From an uncultured Roseivirgaceae bacterium (GTDB lineage Bacteria; Bacteroidota; Bacteroidia; Cytophagales; Cyclobacteriaceae): 34,484 nucleotides of DNA. The notes beneath the pieces were generated by a model, which saw only the letters and a program-made list of their open reading frames with translations, made no database searches and was not told where the DNA came from. The translations under genes were made by a program, and so were the position numbers. The DNA is taken from positions 1 to 34,484 of the forward strand of contig CAZQWZ010000002.1 in assembly GCA_964596935.1 (NCBI GenBank), read 5' to 3'. This document shows positions 7,649-16,030 of the stretch, piece by piece; the first letter of the stretch is position 1, and each line of letters opens with the position of its first letter.

Positions 7649-8686
7649 TTATGGCATTAATTCCATATCTCTGATTCCAATAAAATTGGGTTGAATTACC
7701 CATTCGCCAACAGTATTAATCATTCCCCATTTGCCATTCAGTTTGGCAGCAGCAAAACCGTTTCTAAAATTACGAACACCTTCAAATTGTGGTTCTATAA
7801 CAAAATTGCCAGTTTTATCAAAAAAACCAAGCTTTCCGTTTTTTCGGCCTTTGGCTAAACCATTATAAAAATCACCCCAAGTATCAGTATCCACATAGAT
7901 GATTTCGCCATCCATAGTAACATAAGCCCATTGGTCTTTGTATTTAACTCTGGCCAATCCACTAATTTTATCAAAGTCTTTGCCCGCCATAAACTTTGGC
8001 TCAATTGCCCATTCTCCTTTTGTGTTAATATAGCCTAGTTGTTTGTACTCGTTTTTTGCCCAAGCCACACCGTTTTTAAAATAGCCTGTGCTTAAAAATT
8101 TAGGCTCAATTACTACTTTTCCATCAGTATTAACAAATCCAGTTTTCCCATCTAAACTATTAAATACAGCCATTCCTTCGGTAAATTGTTTTAACGCTTT
8201 TATCTCCAAAACATCAACCTTGGTTTCGTTCCCTTCTTTATCAATCACGTAAAACCCAGTTCCTTTTTTTGCCGTTGCAAATCCATTGTTAAAGGGCGAT
8301 GTTGCTTCATATTTTGCTTCAATAGCTAATTCTCCTTCTGTATTTAAATAGCCCCATTTTTCTTTTACTTTCACCTGAACCATTCCATCCGAAAAGCCTT
8401 GTAAACCAAAAAATGATGCGTTGGCCAATCTAAAATCTTTTACCTTAGTATTTAATATTGAGCCATCTGGTTTAATAAAAATATATTTTTTGTTTTCATA
8501 AACAACCGCTAATCCTTCTGAAAAGTAAAAGCATTTTTTGTATTTGGCAGGGATGATTATTTCGCCTTTTTCATTGGCATAGCCCCAAACCTTGCTGCCT
8601 GCTGGTTTTACTTGAGTGAGGTAAGATTGGGCAACTGCGCCTGTGGTAAAAAGAGCAATGATTGCAATAGTAATTATATTTTTCAT
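7649..8686 (-). CDS. WG-repeat (KWG-type beta-repeat) secreted protein
   Basis: 345 aa with the signal peptide MKNIITIAIIALFTTGAVAQ. It then has about 9-10 tandem units of roughly 30-35 aa of the form WGY(I/A/L)N..GE..I.PK(F/Y)......F..G.A.V (e.g. KVWGYANEKGEIIIPAKY, KWGYLNTEGELAIEAKY, KWGMINTVGEWVIQPNF). Confidence 0.8.
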   Translation of the reverse strand: MKNIITIAIIALFTTGAVAQSYLTQVKPAGSKVWGYANEKGEIIIPAKYKKCFYFSEGLAVVYENKKYIFIKPDGSILNTKVKDFRLANASFFGLQGFSDGMVQVKVKEKWGYLNTEGELAIEAKYEATSPFNNGFATAKKGTGFYVIDKEGNETKVDVLEIKALKQFTEGMAVFNSLDGKTGFVNTDGKVVIEPKFLSTGYFKNGVAWAKNEYKQLGYINTKGEWAIEPKFMAGKDFDKISGLARVKYKDQWAYVTMDGEIIYVDTDTWGDFYNGLAKGRKNGKLGFFDKTGNFVIEPQFEGVRNFRNGFAAAKLNGKWGMINTVGEWVIQPNFIGIRDMELMP

Positions 8687-8713
8687 ATAGATTTTGATAG
8701 GTTAATAATGAGT

Positions 8714-8721
8714 CAAATTTA
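8714..8721 (-). promoter_or_regulatory. candidate -7 box TAAATTTG (TAnnTTTG) for the WG-repeat gene
   Basis: The + strand reads caaattta, an exact consensus match on the - strand, 28 nt upstream of the ATG at 8686. Confidence 0.3.
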
Positions 8722-8850
8722 GAAAATTATTAATTAAGTTTGAAAAAAGAAGATAATAATACATTAACTAACATTCATCTTTGGGCAACTAATTATTAAA
8801 GTGGCGAATATTAATTAGGATTTTAATCTTTTAAAAAACTTGATTTAGAG

Positions 8851-8870
8851 ATTCCTGCCTCCGCAGGAAT
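8851..8870. repeat. GC-rich palindromic hairpin (REP-like element or terminator of the 21239..8955 operon)
   Basis: attcctgc-ctcc-gcaggaat forms an 8-bp perfect stem with a 4-nt loop. It stands out in very AT-rich DNA, lies 85 nt downstream of the stop at 8955, and is followed by a T-rich tract on the + strand. Only one copy is in the window. Confidence 0.35.
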
Positions 8871-8954
8871 GACGTTTTATTTATTTGATAATCCTAAAAT
8901 ACGTCCGCCAGGTTAATAAAATAGCATAAGCAGGATAATTTTGTAGGTTTATAA

Positions 8955-9992
8955 TTAGGATCTTTCAACCAAAATAAACCCATGTTGTAAATTTTGATAA
9001 TGATTATAAATGAGCGTTATTTTTGATCTACTTGTGCCTTTTCTATAAATAGCAGCATTTGGTATAGGGCCGGTTTGTACAGCCATCCAAAGGGCAAAGC
9101 CACTAGCTGTTGGGTAATCCCCTACTAAATTTTTAAAGGTGAGTATGGTTTGTGTATTGAAATTATTTTTGATTAGTTGGAGGTAAAATTTATCGCCTTC
9201 ACCATCTCCGTTAAATCCTACTATAAGCGTATCAATAGCATTAGGTTGGAGTTGGTTTTTAGCCAAAAAATCTAGCAATTCCTTCTCTACTTCTTGGGCA
9301 TTGGATGAGAGCATCATCCCAACATCTATTACACTTGCGAGTTTGTTATGCGGGTTCTTGCTCATAATAAACATGGCAGAGCCTTCGCCTGAAACGGTTC
9401 CTTTTGTGGTTGATTTAAGTAGGGTAGAAGAAGTAGTTTCTTCTGCTTTAAACGAACCTCTATGGCGTTCTAAGTTGCTATTATACTCCGAAATTTCATC
9501 TACATTTCCCACTAGGAAAGAGTGTAAATCCCCTTCTTCAATATGCATCAATGCATCTAATAAAGCAGATTCAAATCCAAACCCTTGACCTACATGGGTA
9601 GCGTTATAGCCTATGTTTTTACTGGATAAAGCCAAACTCCCAGAAATCGAATTGGCCGTGCTATTCACAAAATGCGTTGGTGTGAGTGTTCCCTCATCGT
9701 ATGTAATAATTTGATTTAAAAACTGAACACATTCTCCCAAACCACCATTTCCAGTACTAATAATAATACCATCAATATTTGGGTGCCGTTGAATTAACGG
9801 ATGTCCTGCCCCAATTCCTAATCGCGATGCCTTGCCCATTCGCCTCAAGGCCCCCCTTGAAATAAAGCTTTTATAATCGGGTTCTTTAGCTAAATAATGA
9901 TGGCCTTCATGTGAAATGATTTCACCCGAAAAGTCATTGCCTTGGTAGGTGTTTTGCGGAGAAATACATGATATGTCTATAATATGCATCAT
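8955..9992 (-). CDS. KS-like protein lacking the catalytic Cys/His/His (chain-length-factor-type partner)
   Basis: 345 aa. It is thiolase-fold-like and paralogous to 30063..31004 (shared LRRMGKA..., THV.QG..FE.AL.DAL). Where the KS has TACSSSA it has ATHVGQGFGFESA (no Cys), and it has no HGTGT or GHTLG motifs. Its start overlaps the upstream stop as ATGA. Confidence 0.8.
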   Translation of the reverse strand: MMHIIDISCISPQNTYQGNDFSGEIISHEGHHYLAKEPDYKSFISRGALRRMGKASRLGIGAGHPLIQRHPNIDGIIISTGNGGLGECVQFLNQIITYDEGTLTPTHFVNSTANSISGSLALSSKNIGYNATHVGQGFGFESALLDALMHIEEGDLHSFLVGNVDEISEYNSNLERHRGSFKAEETTSSTLLKSTTKGTVSGEGSAMFIMSKNPHNKLASVIDVGMMLSSNAQEVEKELLDFLAKNQLQPNAIDTLIVGFNGDGEGDKFYLQLIKNNFNTQTILTFKNLVGDYPTASGFALWMAVQTGPIPNAAIYRKGTSRSKITLIYNHYQNLQHGFILVERS

Positions 9993-11185
9993 GCCTCACT
10001 AAAAATTAATGAAGAACAATTACCCGCAAACCCAAATGAGTTTGACATTACGTGCTTTATTTCGAAACTTGTTAGCAAGTTTGTATTGGGAAGTACATTA
10101 AATTCTTCAATGGGTTTTCCTACATTTAAACTTGCGTATATCTCGTTTTCAAGTAAACTTAAAATACTAAAAACAGCTTCAATAGCGCCAGCAGCCCCTA
10201 GCGTATGGCCAGTATATCCTTTTGTAGAAATAAAAGGAGGGAAGCCATTAAAAACATTCTGAAGTGCTTTGAGTTCTGAGCGGTCGTTGTTTTCGGTGCC
10301 GGTGCCATGAGCGTTAATAAGGCTAATTTCTTCGGGTTTTAAGTTGGCCGTTTGGATAGCTGTGTTCATTGACTTAGTTGGCCCTGTGGCATTTTCAGAA
10401 ATAGCCGAAGCATGAAATGCATCATTTGCATTTCCATATCCAGAAACCATAGCCAATTTAAACTTTGATTTTGCAGCTTCTTCATTTTCTAAAATAAGAT
10501 AGGCAGCGCCTTCACCAAGAGTTAGTCCATCGCGGTTTTTATCGAAAGGCTTACATGGTTGGCTTGAAAGAATTCCCAATGAATTAAATCCATTCACAGT
10601 AAATTTTCCAAGACTATCTACTCCACCAACAATAACACGTGTTGCCCTGCCTGATTTTATTAAACGTGTACCAAATATAATAGCATTTGCTGATGAAGAG
10701 CAAGCCGTGTTAAAAGTAGATATAATGCCCTTGATACCGAATTTATGTGCAATTATTTTACTGTGGGCCTGGGTAGAATAGCGATCCACAAAAGGGGTTG
10801 GCTCGCCCTCAACGTTAGTGGCATCACTATAAAGTTCATTTGTATGGCACATTCCACCCAAAGTACTGGCTGATACGAAAGCGGTTTGAGAACTAGATAC
10901 CTGATTATACGTTAAGTCAGCATTTTTAATAGCTTCTTCAAATGCTAATTGGGCAATTAAATCTGTTCGTGAGGCACGTTCAGTCTCCGATAGCTCTAAA
11001 ATTTCTTTAAGGTTTTGATTGCTAAATTTAACCTCGGCAAAAGGTATTAGCTGAGCATATTTAGAATCTAAATATTGTGTGGTTCTAATACCAGACTTTC
11101 CTAATTGTAAGGCTTTATGGTTCTGTTTAATCCCCACTCCAAGAGCAGAAACAATTCCCATTCCAGTAACATAGACCTTACTCAT
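9989..11185 (-). CDS. beta-ketoacyl-ACP synthase II-like (active KS)
   Basis: 398 aa. The N-terminus is VYVTGMGIVSALG. The catalytic Cys is in NTACSSSANAI and the two His are in INAHGTGT and GYTGHTLGAAG. The C-terminus has NSFGFAGN. Confidence 0.9.
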   Translation of the reverse strand: MSKVYVTGMGIVSALGVGIKQNHKALQLGKSGIRTTQYLDSKYAQLIPFAEVKFSNQNLKEILELSETERASRTDLIAQLAFEEAIKNADLTYNQVSSSQTAFVSASTLGGMCHTNELYSDATNVEGEPTPFVDRYSTQAHSKIIAHKFGIKGIISTFNTACSSSANAIIFGTRLIKSGRATRVIVGGVDSLGKFTVNGFNSLGILSSQPCKPFDKNRDGLTLGEGAAYLILENEEAAKSKFKLAMVSGYGNANDAFHASAISENATGPTKSMNTAIQTANLKPEEISLINAHGTGTENNDRSELKALQNVFNGFPPFISTKGYTGHTLGAAGAIEAVFSILSLLENEIYASLNVGKPIEEFNVLPNTNLLTSFEIKHVMSNSFGFAGNCSSLIFSEA

Positions 11186-11198
11186 ACTGTATTCTTTA

Positions 11199-11462
11199 TT
11201 ATTTCTGGATATTTTCTATAATGTAGTCTGCCATGGTATTGATATCTACTAAAATCTTTCTTCCTAAGGTTGGATTTTCTATTTTGATTCCATACTCACG
11301 TTCTAGTAAAACAATTAGCTCCAAAGAATCAATAGAGTCTAAACCCATTTCATCTCCAAAAAGTGGCTCACTATCATCTAAATCTTCAATGGTCATATCC
11401 TGGAGATTTAAATACATAATTATATGCTGTTTGAGACCTGGTTTGATTGATTCTCTATTCAT
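11199..11462 (-). CDS. acyl carrier protein
   Basis: 87 aa with the phosphopantetheine attachment motif GLDSIDSLELIVLLE. It resembles the ACP at 28625..28876. Confidence 0.9.
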   Translation of the reverse strand: MNRESIKPGLKQHIIMYLNLQDMTIEDLDDSEPLFGDEMGLDSIDSLELIVLLEREYGIKIENPTLGRKILVDINTMADYIIENIQK

Positions 11463-11463
11463 G

Positions 11464-12738
11464 CTAAATCACTTTGTCTAATTTCAATTTTAAAAATGCG
11501 GCTAGTTGAAATAGGGTAATGAATAACCCCAATCTAAGTAATGATGGACTTAATTCTGCCCAATTTCCATTTTGCAAAAATAATGTATAAAAAGCATCTA
11601 AACTTTGGCGAAGTGGCGAAAAAACACTCACCGCTTGTAGGTAATCTGGCATTATAAAAATGGGTACCCAAATTCCGCCTAAAGCTGCAAAAATTATTAC
11701 CAATATTGCTCCTATACCATTGGCTTGAACCTGAGTTTTTACCATGGCACCTATAAACATTGCAAAGCTTACAGCTGTTAATCCAGATAGAATAATAACT
11801 ACCATGCTAGCGCTCCAATTGGTTGGAATTTCTAGCACTGGTAAACCAATTATTGGAAACAGCGATGCACTAAAAGTAAAGATGATAAACACTTGTACAA
11901 TAGCTACTAAGAGGTACAAAAGCATTTTGGACAAAAATAAAATACTAACCGAAGTGGGCATGGTTTGCAAACGGATAAAACTGCCACTAACCTTCTCTTT
12001 AACTATATTCCCACCTAATGAAATTACCATAAAAAACATAGCAAAAATAGTCCAGGCAGGTACGTTATGTTGGGTAGCGTTTACAGCTGTGGGGGCATTT
12101 TTGTTTACCGTAGAAATAGTATTAATTTTCACTCTGTTTTCATAGATTAGATTAATCGCAAGGTTGGGGTCTTTTTCACTTCCCATATCGGCATACAAAA
12201 GTTCTATCATTAAGTTGCTTTCTACCTTTGCCAAAAAAGCATCTACTACACTAGAAATGGTCATTTGGAAGTTTGTTTGCAACACTGGATTAAAGTGCAA
12301 TGTCACATTTGGGGTTGCTGATGGTGCTGATTCAATACTATCAAACAGTCCAAAATCGGTTAAAACGTATTGACTTAAATACTGCTTTTTGGCTGTTAAA
12401 ACTTTGGTAAAACTTTCAGGAATATAAATAGCTGAAAGTGCGTTTTCTTTCTTTAATTGAGTTGGAATGTCGATTTCTTGTACTTGATTGTGAATAGAAA
12501 TTCCGAACATGTTTGATTTCTTCAATAACTCAATTAACCGCTTGCCATTAATGCCTTGGTCGTGGTTAACTACCACCATTTTTATGCGATTATTGTTGGC
12601 TAATTGAAATGCACTGTCTTGCACAAGAGTTACCACTGTTACTAATAATAGCGGCATGATAAACATAAAAAGCAAACCTACTTTATCGCTCCAAAGCATT
12701 AAAGCTTCCTTTTTTATGGCTGAAATAAGCTTAAACAT
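11464..12738 (-). CDS. ABC-2 type transporter permease
   Basis: It has one N-terminal TM segment, a large extracytoplasmic loop, then about 5 C-terminal TM segments, which is the usual ABC-2 architecture. The track start at 12765 is a TTG. The ATG at 12738 gives an 8-nt ATGTTTAA overlap with the ATPase stop, the same coupling pattern used elsewhere in the cluster, so I prefer it. Confidence 0.75.
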   Translation of the reverse strand: MFKLISAIKKEALMLWSDKVGLLFMFIMPLLLVTVVTLVQDSAFQLANNNRIKMVVVNHDQGINGKRLIELLKKSNMFGISIHNQVQEIDIPTQLKKENALSAIYIPESFTKVLTAKKQYLSQYVLTDFGLFDSIESAPSATPNVTLHFNPVLQTNFQMTISSVVDAFLAKVESNLMIELLYADMGSEKDPNLAINLIYENRVKINTISTVNKNAPTAVNATQHNVPAWTIFAMFFMVISLGGNIVKEKVSGSFIRLQTMPTSVSILFLSKMLLYLLVAIVQVFIIFTFSASLFPIIGLPVLEIPTNWSASMVVIILSGLTAVSFAMFIGAMVKTQVQANGIGAILVIIFAALGGIWVPIFIMPDYLQAVSVFSPLRQSLDAFYTLFLQNGNWAELSPSLLRLGLFITLFQLAAFLKLKLDKVI

Positions 12739-13480
12739 CTCGGTAGGATTTACCAGTTTTAGCAATAAAAAGATCTTCTAAAGTTTCAAAATCTTGGTTT
12801 TTTAGTACGGTATTTAATTCTCCGTACTCGATAATTTTTCCAAAATCAATTAAAACAATTTGGGTACAGAATTCTTCCACATCTTTTATGTTATGCGAAG
12901 TGTAAATGATGGTTGTGCCGTTTTTGTTTTCTTGTTTTAAGAAGTTAAAAATGGCTCGTTTACTTTGTACATCCACTCCAACGATTGGTTCATCTAAAAA
13001 CAAAATTTTAGGCTGGTGAAGTACGCCAATAGCCAAGTTTACACGCCTTTTCATTCCACCTGAAAAAGTGAAGACTTTTTTATTAGCAACTTTAGTTAAC
13101 CCAAGTATGCTAAGCAACTTGCTCGATTGCTCTTTAATTTTTACTTTACCTAAGTTATACATTGCCCCAAAAAAAGCCAAATTTTCATTTGGTGTTAGCT
13201 CTTCGTAAAATGCAAAATTTTGAGGTACATAGCCAATGTATTTTTTAAAGTTTTTTCCAGTAATTGTTTCTAAACCAACTTGATAAGAAAATGTGCCCGA
13301 GGTTGGTTTTAAAATTCCGCATAGAATAGAAATAAGGGTAGTTTTTCCTGCGCCATTTGGCCCCATAATTCCTACTATTTCTTGCGATTGAATCTCTAAG
13401 TTTACACCTTTTAAACTCGGTGTAGAGTTACCACGGTATAGCTTGCTTAAATTCTTAATATGTACGCAATGTGTAGGCAT
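12731..13480 (-). CDS. ABC transporter ATP-binding protein
   Basis: 249 aa with Walker A GPNGAGKTT, signature FSGGMKRR, Walker B ILFLDEP and an H-loop in YTSHN. The start shares 1 nt with the upstream stop (TAATG). Confidence 0.9.
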   Translation of the reverse strand: MPTHCVHIKNLSKLYRGNSTPSLKGVNLEIQSQEIVGIMGPNGAGKTTLISILCGILKPTSGTFSYQVGLETITGKNFKKYIGYVPQNFAFYEELTPNENLAFFGAMYNLGKVKIKEQSSKLLSILGLTKVANKKVFTFSGGMKRRVNLAIGVLHQPKILFLDEPIVGVDVQSKRAIFNFLKQENKNGTTIIYTSHNIKDVEEFCTQIVLIDFGKIIEYGELNTVLKNQDFETLEDLFIAKTGKSYRDV

Positions 13481-14499
13481 TAAAATTTTAGCTTTAGCAG
13501 ATTGGTAAAAGCTTGTTTTTCTACTTCGCTAATTTCGTATAACATCTCGGCAGATTGAAGAAAATCACTTTGCTCGGTAATTCGGCCTTTGTAAATGCCC
13601 GCCATTTGAATGGCCGATGCTCTCCAAAGGTCGCCTGCTTTGGTGATGTCTTCTGAAATTAAAGCCAACTCGTCCATCTGCAAAATATCAGCTGCTTCTT
13701 GTAAAAAAGCAGCGTACATAAATCTAAATCCGCCACCACCGGTGCCAATTTCTTCTTGCATTCTTACAATTTGCCCAAGATGTAAACCAGCTTTTCGTAC
13801 GCCAAATTTTTCGCGCCATTTTTTAATGTGGTTGGCGGTAAATTTTATTCCACGAACTCCCAAAAATGGCATGGGTACTTTAATCATATCGTGGGCAGTA
13901 CGTTTAATGCCTTTTTCAATTCCACGTTTCACTTTGTCTAGGTTAACCTTACCCACATTTTCTGGATAATAGATTTGACCTTTAGGGGCTAAAACACCTT
14001 TGGAAAAACGTACTTTTTCAAGTTCTTTGGCACTTAATTGATTACACGAATCCATAATGGGGTCACTAATAAAATAGGTGTCGCCTTCGCGTCCGTAAAC
14101 GATGAGATTGTGTGCATTAAAATGAAACCGGTACTCTTGAGGAAAATACGGAAGATGAAAAACTCCCACTTGACAACCTACTGGTTTGCCTGCATCTACC
14201 AGGTTGTTTAAATATTCTTGCGCTTTTTCAGCACTGTTGAATTTTTTTCTTTTAACTAGAATGTTTAACGCTTTACATGTGCGTTTAAAAATTAGACCAG
14301 GCATACTTCTATACGAAATGGCCGGGCCATTATTCAGCTTCAGAAAAGGAATGTGGATATAGAATAAACCAGCTCCAATTCCAAAAGATAGAGGCTCGGT
14401 TAAAATATCTACGCCATAATGCTGTAACAGACTAGTGGTTACCCCATTTTCACAATGCGCAGCTTGCAGGTGTTTAAAATCTATAACCGTATTATCCAT
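13480..14499 (-). CDS. BtrH-N-terminal-domain / DUF4872-type protein (papain-like fold, putative ACP-dependent acyl transferase or hydrolase)
   Basis: 339 aa. The N-terminal HCENGVTTSLLQHYGVDILTEPLSFGIGAGLFY matches my memory of the BtrH_N signature (HCE.......L...G...SE...FG.G.G). Length and C-terminal half fit the BtrH_N+DUF4872 architecture. This is recognition by eye only. Confidence 0.65.
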   Translation of the reverse strand: MDNTVIDFKHLQAAHCENGVTTSLLQHYGVDILTEPLSFGIGAGLFYIHIPFLKLNNGPAISYRSMPGLIFKRTCKALNILVKRKKFNSAEKAQEYLNNLVDAGKPVGCQVGVFHLPYFPQEYRFHFNAHNLIVYGREGDTYFISDPIMDSCNQLSAKELEKVRFSKGVLAPKGQIYYPENVGKVNLDKVKRGIEKGIKRTAHDMIKVPMPFLGVRGIKFTANHIKKWREKFGVRKAGLHLGQIVRMQEEIGTGGGGFRFMYAAFLQEAADILQMDELALISEDITKAGDLWRASAIQMAGIYKGRITEQSDFLQSAEMLYEISEVEKQAFTNLLKLKF

Positions 14500-14878
14500 T
14501 AAATTTAGTTAGTTCTTCTACTGAAATGTCAAAGGCTTCAGCGTATTTGTTTAATCGGTTTTGATTTAGTTTTTTGAATACCAGTGGTTTAAAATGCTGC
14601 TTAACTGTGAATTGCCAAAAGTTAACGTAAGCGGCTAAAGTTTGCACATCCATTAAGTTCTTTTCCATAAAATAATATACGGCACTTTTTCTTCCTTCCT
14701 TCACTTCAATTCTGGCGCATTCTGTTCTTCTAGCTATTTCATCCCAAGCCGAATCAAGTGCGGCAATTTTTACATCCCATCCTGTACTTTTGTGCGTTTC
14801 GTATTTGCCCAATTTGTTTTTTACATAACATAAATCAACAATAGCACCTTCGTCTTGTGGGAGATCTTCTTTGTTCAT
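14492..14878 (-). CDS. hypothetical protein with possible C-terminal HTH-like segment
   Basis: A 128-aa ORF with an ATG start, translationally coupled to the BtrH-like gene by an 8-nt ATGGATAA overlap. The C-terminal VQTLAAYVNFWQFTVKQHF...LNKYAEAFDISVEEL loosely resembles an XRE-type helix-turn-helix. No confident family assignment. Confidence 0.55.
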   Translation of the reverse strand: MNKEDLPQDEGAIVDLCYVKNKLGKYETHKSTGWDVKIAALDSAWDEIARRTECARIEVKEGRKSAVYYFMEKNLMDVQTLAAYVNFWQFTVKQHFKPLVFKKLNQNRLNKYAEAFDISVEELTKFNG

Positions 14879-14887
14879 ATTAATTTT

Positions 14888-16030
14888 CTAACAAACGGTT
14901 AGCCAGGCAAACATATACGAGAATCGAGCACTTTCTGGAACAACCAATAAAATTTTGTTGCCAATTTTTAATGTGCCATTTTTCTGAATTTCTTCCAACA
15001 TTAAGTAAATAGATGCCGCACCAATATTTCCAACTTTATCGAGGTTAATAAACCATTTATTCCACGTAATTTCCATGTCGTTAGATTTGAAAATATCGTA
15101 GATTTTATCTTTAAAATAAAAGCTCGAAATATGTGGAAGCATCCAATCAATATCATCGGCTGTAAGCCCTTTTTTGTCAAATATTTCTTTGAGTCTTTTA
15201 AATCCAAGTCCCAAAATATTTTCACTCAAAAGTGTAACGTCTTGTTTTATACTTAATGCAGATTGCTCTAGCATTTCTTCATTGCTCATATCTAAGTAAC
15301 CCGTAAGCGATTTATCTTTGTTTTTTACTGCACCAGAGTACATGCAGGTTTCGTATTCGTTGGCATACGAAACGCCTTCGATCCACTCAATTTTAAATGA
15401 AAAGCCTTCTTTTGCTTTTTTATTTTCCAGCAAAACTGCTCCAGAGCCATCAGATAGCATCCAACGTAAAAAATCTTTTTCGAATGCGATAATGGGATCC
15501 TTTTCTAACTCTTCTAAATGTATGGCTTCTTCTTTAAACTTATCAGCACGTAATAAAGATGATAACCTTTCGGAGCCTAGTGCTACAGCTTTTTTCTTAT
15601 CTTCAGATTTTACCGCTAAAAATGCATATTTCATAGCATGCATTCCGGCACAACAAACCCCTGCGGGTGATACCACTTCGATGGTTTTCATTTCGGTCAA
15701 TTCACCATGAGTCATAACCCCGTGCGAAGGAAACATTTGATCGGGGGAAGATGTACCGCAAGCCAACAAATCTACTTCAGTAATTTCGTCTGGATTTTCT
15801 TTAAAAAGTGCTCGAACAGATTCGGCTGCTATTTGCGCATTTGTATGCGTTAGTTCGCCCTTTTTATTTAGTGCATAATACCTGTTAGTTATTAAGTTAC
15901 TGCGTAAAACAACACTTTTCGTTTTTGAATGGCGTTCGTTTATTAATCCCAAATAGTCTTCCATTTCTGCATTAGAAACGGCACTATTAGGAAAGTATTT
16001 AGAAATTTTTGTAATGTAAACTTCTCCCAT
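14888..16030 (-). CDS. darB: DarB, FabH-like (KAS III) dialkylresorcinol/cyclohexanedione-forming ketosynthase
   Basis: 380 aa with the KAS III active-site Cys in SPAGVCCAGMHAMKYA, His in LPHISSF and Asn in GNIGAASIY. It sits immediately downstream of the DarA-like gene with 0 nt spacing, which is the characteristic darAB pair. Confidence 0.85.
   Translation of the reverse strand: MGEVYITKISKYFPNSAVSNAEMEDYLGLINERHSKTKSVVLRSNLITNRYYALNKKGELTHTNAQIAAESVRALFKENPDEITEVDLLACGTSSPDQMFPSHGVMTHGELTEMKTIEVVSPAGVCCAGMHAMKYAFLAVKSEDKKKAVALGSERLSSLLRADKFKEEAIHLEELEKDPIIAFEKDFLRWMLSDGSGAVLLENKKAKEGFSFKIEWIEGVSYANEYETCMYSGAVKNKDKSLTGYLDMSNEEMLEQSALSIKQDVTLLSENILGLGFKRLKEIFDKKGLTADDIDWMLPHISSFYFKDKIYDIFKSNDMEITWNKWFINLDKVGNIGAASIYLMLEEIQKNGTLKIGNKILLVVPESARFSYMFAWLTVC

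Noticed and set aside
8815-8897. 8-bp inverted repeat (ttaggatt / aatcctaa) as terminal inverted repeats of a MITE
   Set aside because: An 8-bp AT-rich match within 80 nt is easily produced by chance. I see no target-site duplication and there is no second copy in the window. I kept it only as a note in the hairpin finding.
12739-12765. TTG/GTG-extended starts offered by the track for the permease (12765), the KS (26900), FabZ (32345) and GT2 (32706)
   Set aside because: In each case an ATG slightly downstream gives a canonical N-terminus and a short coupling overlap or 1-nt spacer with the upstream stop. The GT2 case (32706 versus 32727) remains genuinely ambiguous.
12731-14878. Toxin-antitoxin or bacteriocin-export reading of the small HTH-like ORF plus papain-like protein plus ABC transporter
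   Set aside because: The papain-like protein is a stand-alone BtrH-type protein, not a C39 domain fused to an ABC exporter. No precursor peptide ORF is evident. All the genes are translationally coupled into the darAB/ACP-KS operon.
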